Origin: Trichoplax adhaerens
Lineage: Eukaryota; Animalia; Placozoa
Reading direction: 5' to 3'
Length of the DNA stretch: 64,000 bases
Assembly (NCBI RefSeq): GCF_000150275.1
Contig: NW_002060948.1
Span: 1,449,983-1,513,982 of the forward strand
The translations under genes were made by a program, and so were the position numbers. This document shows, one piece after another, positions 57,647-64,000 of this stretch (position 1 is the stretch's first letter; each line of letters begins with the position of its first letter). The notes beneath the pieces were generated by a model. That model was given only the letters and a program-made list of their open reading frames with translations. It had not been told where the DNA came from and did not search any database.

Positions 57647-60600
57647 TTAGAAGTTATAGTCATGCATTACTGCTTCAGCCAAAGCATAACTTTGATAATC
57701 TGTTTTTTCGTGATACAGAGCGGCTAAAAAGCGTTGAGTTTCGGGTGTGATGTAGCTATCCATGACATGATCAACCGATCTAACGCAAGATACACAAAAT
57801 TTATTAAATGAGTAAAAGTAATTACAGTTAAACAGAACAAGAAAGGTTTTAAAAAATACTAAGATAAAATCTTTATTATATACTAATTGACTTACCTATC
57901 AATAGGTTTAATAATGATTGGAATTAAAGCTAAACCAAGGGCTGTCGTCATTACTTGTCTATTTCGAACATGAAGTAATTTAAAGAAACTATTAAAAGCT
58001 GCACAGCATCGGTTAATAACGAAACCAGGAATTATTACGGAAGCCAGTGACTGCCATATTAACGTTTCAGTAAATTTTGAAGCTACTTGGTAGTCATGTT
58101 CGCTCTTGAATTTGAACTAGATTAATACAACAGGATACGTTAATTTTTACTTTTTGTTTTACGTTTGGCAATATAATTATCTAATTCCTTTACTTTATGT
58201 GCATATCGAACAGCGTTTAAGATACTATAATTCGTTCTACTATAAAAACATACTATAAAACCAATAAGATAAAAGTTCATGAAGACAAAATCCTTGAATA
58301 TAGTTTTGCATAATATTACAACACTTAAGAAATAATAGCCAGATATATATTTATAATTAAACTCTAAATCAATGCAGCAGACAATCTGAAATGAAGAAAC
58401 ATTCAATATAATTTTGAGTCCTAACTTAAATCTGTATACATTATTCTATTTTACTGGCTACTAAGAGCTTATGCAATCAAGTATAATTACTATTTTGTAT
58501 ATGCCTTGCGGTAGAATAATTTTATAATTTCAAATCGACCTTAATTCCTCGTAAAGATAAAAAGGTTTTAGAATTGTACTTTAATCTAGCAATTAAGTCC
58601 AATTATCTTATTTATACGGCAAATGGTGGTAACTTTACGTTGGCTGACTACCAAGTAGAATAATCGGTAATGCTGCTAAGTAACAGTATGCTCGTATGGT
58701 ACTTTTATTTATACTACATCGTAATATTACAATAAACCAAATTTCTCTTATGTAGAAACTTCAGCAATGCTAATCTACAGCTAGATACTACGACTATTCT
58801 TCCAGTGATTTTAATATTTAGGATGAAATACCTGAAAATGCTCTTAATTTAAGAGAACAAAAAAGTATGATCGATTTATTATCATAATTAATATAAGAAT
58901 GAAATAAGTTATATTAATACAGCTGGAAGTATTCTTACAAATCGATGTCAAAACCTTTTTTAAGCAGGTTAAGTAAGATTTATGAGTTTCGTTATATTCA
59001 TTTAGATATTTCATCCTAAATATTAAATAATGTATGAAATACTTTCCGAATAAAATATCCTAATATTAGTATTTATAGATTACTGCTGCTTGTTACATTC
59101 ATGGACTGCTAAAAGAAAGATTTCCTTCTGGTAGTCCATATCATATTGTGCTTAGTGTTACAGCAATTCACAGATAAGCGTTTGGCGTCATTTATTATTT
59201 TTTGGTGTGGTAATCATGCAATAGGTATTGCTAGTAGTTTATATCATATTGTACTTAGTGTTAAGCAATCCGTAGATAACTGGTGGCGTTGTTTATTATT
59301 TTTAGAAATGCTAATCATGCAATAGGTGAAGTTAGATGTTAATATATCTCTTATATTGATTAGTATATCAATTATCTCGTAAAGCCACAGTAGGGAACCC
59401 TAAACCTGCTAATTATATACAGTACTTACACGATCAGAGGTTAGAGAACTCTTGTTGCAGGTATCAGCCAAAACATAACCACCAGCAATCATATAACTTA
59501 ATTTGACATAGCGGACAGGAATAGCACCTCGAAATGCTTCACCTACTTCATTGGCATAACCTAGATAATTGATATTAATGATAGCATTATAGAGCGATAA
59601 AAGTATTTGGATACTTGCTAAGAGCACATAAAAATTACTCATGACGTACATAAACAAATTTTATTTATTTATTCTATTAATCGATCACGAAGATCACGAT
59701 CAATAAAATAATCTATCATTGATTCTCGGCTCACATGCTATACTATATTAATGTAGATAATATATTTATAGGAAGAAAAATTGAAGCTAAAAGAAAAATG
59801 CTCTCATCTACAGTAGAATTGGTAATCCTATGTACAGTAGATGCTGTATGACTATATCATCATTTCTACCAGAATTTTATTTTACAGTTAAAATTTTCCA
59901 TGCCCCGATTTACGCGTTGACCGATATCGTTATCATGATTATGGCTACAGGTAAATGTTGAAAAGCAATACTTGTATGTAGAGAAAATGGATTTAATCCC
60001 TTTCATTCTCTAAGGTGTGCAATCAATTACAATGTGAAAACATAGTTTAAAGTCATCTAGTGCGTAAGATATATAAGTAAATTACAACATTTCATTTTAT
60101 CGAATATGATGGTGTATAGCGTTGAACAATTTGGAAATAAGAGCGGATCGTCATCATACATGGGAAAAGCACAGCTAGAAACCTTGTTTGAGTTTATTGC
60201 TTTTGCTTTACGGTGTGCTGTCATAGAGCTACAAGATCTGCAGTAAGTGATGATAACATAAGCACATAGTATACTCTCGCAGCTTTATAACAGTTTTGAA
60301 AGCTTTAAGAACGTGATGATTAAATTAAATTACTTCCATTTGACAAGCGCATCTTTGGCGTAAGAAATAGTTCAATTTAGATCAAGGTATTATTGAATGT
60401 AAATTGATATACTGATGTTTGAATCGGTAATACAGTGGGAAAACAGTAATGAAGTAGCGTGAGCTATTACATCATAGGGTACCGTGTAAAATATATAAAC
60501 TGTCTGTCAATACTGCATGTATAAGAATCTCCATCGATATACGAGTATACATGCCATTGCCGTCTTAACGTGGATCTATCTGTCCGCGTGGATTACTCCG

Positions 60601-61497
60601 GAGAGACATTTTACCTTACTCACAGTATGTAAAATTAATCTTACTAACGTACGTTAAAAAAATTTTGCTAGTGATGCTCATAATTAAAATATCAATCAGG
60701 ACTTTAAATTCACTGAATAGATCGATCGCAACGATAATAATAAATTTAAGAAGGGGGAAAAAATGATAAGAGTGAGGCATGTTATTATAGATCCGCTAAT
60801 GGGATTAATTAATTTATTTAATTTAAATAATCTAATATAACCATGGTGGATTGGATTGGATGAAGGATTGATGCGCTGCTAAAGCATTTATAAGAGGATT
60901 GAAATGATATATTGTATCTCCATTCTAATTTTCATACTCGTATGAGTAATATTAAAACTAACTTGGTTACTGCATTTGGTCGATGAATACAACTGCGAGA
61001 CTTTACCAAGTTCCAAGCTGTTGGAAGTGAAACTATTTTAATTATCTAACTAAAGGTTGATCGGATTTGATGAAGGATTGCACGACGAGTGAAGTATTGA
61101 CAACAGTTGACATGATATTTCACAATCTATTTGGATTTTGATCATGAAAATAACTTGACTAGTGCATTTCATCGATCGTAAGATTGGTGAGATTGAAGCC
61201 AAGCCAAAGGGGTCGTTATGCGATTATTTTAATTTAATCTTGTGAAAACTAAAGCTTGATCCAAATTGGATTGCATGACAATCTCGAATGATCACCCATA
61301 TGAAATGTTATCCATCCTGGCTCTCTATACCATATTATGATTTTCTTCGATTGCCTCGGTTAAAATAAAGAATGTTCTACTGTCATTGAGTAATAGACAC
61401 AACCATGCTTACCTAAATAACGCAATGGAGTATGACGATAAATGTCTACTGTTGAAGTAACTTCTTCCCTTTTCTCCATCTCCTCCTTTTCAACCAT
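57647..61497 (-). CDS. MTFP1: Mitochondrial fission process protein 1 (MTP18), 4 exons
   Basis: Exon 1 MVEKEEMEKREEVTSTVDIYRHTPLRYL|G. Exon 2 YANEVGEAFRGAIP..SYMIAGGYVLADTCNK. Exon 3 ETLIWQSLASVIIPGFVINRCC..LGLALIPIIIKPID|R. Exon 4 SVDHVMD...HDYNF* (TAA 57649-57647). Confidence 0.92.
59139..59327. repeat. Diverged two-copy direct repeat (~103-bp period) in MTFP1 intron 2
   Basis: tatcatattgtRcttagtgtta...ttattattttt...taatcatgcaataggt at 59139 and 59242. Confidence 0.8.
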
Positions 61498-63948
61498 TGA
61501 ATACGACAGTCTGTAAAACTCTACTTTGATCTCAACAAAACTAAATGGATCTTGTACAATATCTAGACGTCAAATACTAATCCAAACTTGCAATGGTTGA
61601 CTGAATGATCCAAGAAATTTTCATTTAATGAATTTAATTTTCCTGCCCCAAAATGCCAAACCGACCGACTAATTTCTTAATTGGCAACCTGTTGATCGCT
61701 GAGTGTCACTTCAATCGCATGATCGCATTGTTCCAAGAATTAATTGGCTTTGTTTATTTTGTACATCGTGACGATTGTATTGTGTGATTTAGAACGCTGA
61801 TAAAGCCCAGTGGTACAGCGAGGATAATGTAGTGGTGTTACAGTATAATACCTTGGACTAGTCAACGTGTTCGCGTCACTAGTGTAACGCGATGGTTCCA
61901 CCCACCTGACTTGGAGTTACAACCCATTGAGGTTCAAAGTGCACTAGACAGACGGACATTTCTTACCAAATGGCTGAAAATGATCGATCAATGGCTACTT
62001 AGTAAAAGATCTTCCGTGTCTGTTTTCTAAATCGTTGATACTCATTTCAATAACATTGAAGATGCTCTATAGAACTGTTTCTAAGCAGAACTTACTGATG
62101 GATAATGAGATTCAACGTACTATGACTTAATTTAGAAAAAAAATTGGTCAATTCAAAATCGATCGTCTGCCTACTCAAGTACTGTACTGCGATCAAGAAG
62201 TGAAGATGAGGTCGAAAATATCTGTCTATCCAACAGTCCAGTCCAGGACACTGAGTGTACAGTGTACTGAGGCTGTTTCATAACATTTTGTCACTTTCGG
62301 CCCATATTTTTCTTTAAAAATACAGTAAAGCTATAATAGAATGATATATGAGGTTGATGGAGAGATTCTGAAATATCTGAATCTGGTAAAGTTAGAAAGT
62401 TAAACTTGCTCTTAAGTCCATAAATGATGAAAGTATCACTGACCGTTATATCCCCATTTATGAATGATCTACAGTACTGTACATATAAAGCAAGAATTAC
62501 AATACAGTATAGTACTAAGAATACTGAAGCCGTTCCTACGTACAGTACAGTACTGTACAGTACTGTACGTGCACTCTAGTGTCAACCCTGGGTGTCATCT
62601 CTTAACCTTTCAATCGACACTTGACGCCTATCTGGAAGATATCTAGCAAGGTGGTTATCACTACCGTGCCCATCAAGGTAAGAAAGGATCAATCGGATAG
62701 GACTCCTAAGACGCGATCCTATCCATTCCATATACCAATCATGCATCCATTTGTGCAAAATTGATCGTCAATGCATGCTTTTAATATGTAGTGGGTAACT
62801 TTCTACAAGAAGAGACCTATGTGTATAGGAAGGTCCATAACGATTGATCTTTTTGGAGCGTTTTACTGTACGTAGTTTTTACCAATCAAACAGATCCATC
62901 TTGTCGATAGGTTAGAGAGAGTGAGATAGAAATTCAACATGAAACTGCAACGAATAGCGTACAACTGTAGATTGCATGGGATGAGAAGGAGACTTTGAAC
63001 ATGTGTATGGCCAGGAATTACACAACCCATTAGCGTATTCGTAGGTTAGGGATTGCATCCTTGACAAGCTAGTTAAGGTTAAAGATTCATAAAAGCACTC
63101 TGCAAGCTACCGTTGTCGATGGCTTAGCATCACGGGGTATAGCCCACCAATTTTATCCTTGCCAATAGATGTCAATCTGTACAACTTGCAGTATATGCCA
63201 CTCTTATTCTATCAATTAATAGTTTTACTCAATGTCAACTTAGATCCTGCTACAAAGCAACTGTTCATAAAGGATAATGTATCAGATGCAACTGTACACA
63301 ACATACTGTCCATGAAACCTCCTTGGCTAGCAAATCGACATTGCGAAAGCATGACTAGCTGCATAGAATAAACCAACGGTTAAAATAATAGAATTTCACC
63401 TCAGATACTTCTGTCTAATCCTGATAGTTCTATCACAAACACCTAGTAAAACGACTTAAGAATTTGAAGGCATTTTCTCTGCCACAATCTAGGCGAAGTA
63501 TTGCTAGCCATTAGTTTCTAGACAGTCAAGACATCGAACGCATTTCAGGTGATGTGGGAGTTAAAATTCAATTCCTTAAGCTTATCTGCGATTACCCTCA
63601 ATCGAATCCACATACGAGTATAGTATTCTACTACATTTGTACACTTGCTTGTTTACAAATATTATTCCTAAATACGGTAGAGTACAATTGCAAATTGGTC
63701 AATATCAATCAACTATTTCCTGTTACTAGCCGTTAATACGAACTGATTCGAATACACTTTATTAACGATGAATCGTTGCGATGAATATTAATTTGATACC
63801 ATCAAACTTTCTATATACGTGCATACACGTGCATATATACCAAGTAGAACATGCGATAATCAATCAAATCTTATTAAAACACTTATTGTCACATACTCGT
63901 AACTTATACGACATTCTAAATTGCCAATTGGTCTTCTATTTTGCAGGA

Positions 63949-64000
63949 CTGCCCAGCCAGGAAATACCAGAGAAGCACAAAAATGTCAACGTTACTCAAT
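63949..64000 (+). CDS. Possible exon of an unidentified gene running off the window
   Basis: A strong acceptor (ctattttgcag) is followed by an open frame LPSQEIPEKHKNVNVTQ. No recognisable homology. Confidence 0.2.
   Translation, partial: MPSQEIPEKHKNVNVTQ

Noticed and set aside
60850-61270. Weak ~210-bp duplication (ggatt.gatgaaggattg) in MTFP1 intron 1
   Set aside because: Too diverged to delimit, and no functional signal.
62696-62725. Short inverted repeat ggatagga...tcctatcc as a terminator or ncRNA
   Set aside because: An 8-bp stem is expected by chance, and bacterial-type terminators are irrelevant in this eukaryotic context.

Overview
AT-rich, intron-containing animal genomic DNA with compact genes and mostly short (~70-200 nt) introns. 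The style suggests an early-branching metazoan such as the placozoan Trichoplax; this is inference only. Seven conserved genes were reconstructed by hand-splicing: UBXN1 (+, 5' partial), FANCM (-), NEMP/TMEM194 (+), a head-to-head pair of ABCC5/MRP5-like short-MRP transporters (- and +), GPATCH3 (+) and MTFP1/MTP18 (-). Two non-obvious items stand out. (1) A ~1.07-kb structure at 21513-22587, between FANCM and NEMP, has nested inverted arms (102 bp at 94% identity, plus 36 bp) and TTAA|GG...CC|TTAA ends. It encloses two different tandem arrays (~63-bp x5 and 88-bp x3) that share a GCATGCGTA motif. It could be a foldback/MITE-like element or a hairpin-RNA locus, and its right arm overlaps a decayed, possibly death-domain-like duplication. 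(2) A cryptic, disrupted minus-strand gene at 3452-6055, invisible in the ORF track, has signal peptide / helical repeat / EGF-like / Sushi-like / TM / short basic tail architecture. There is no CRISPR, rRNA or tRNA evidence. All exon boundaries and translations were done by eye and may be off by a few bases.
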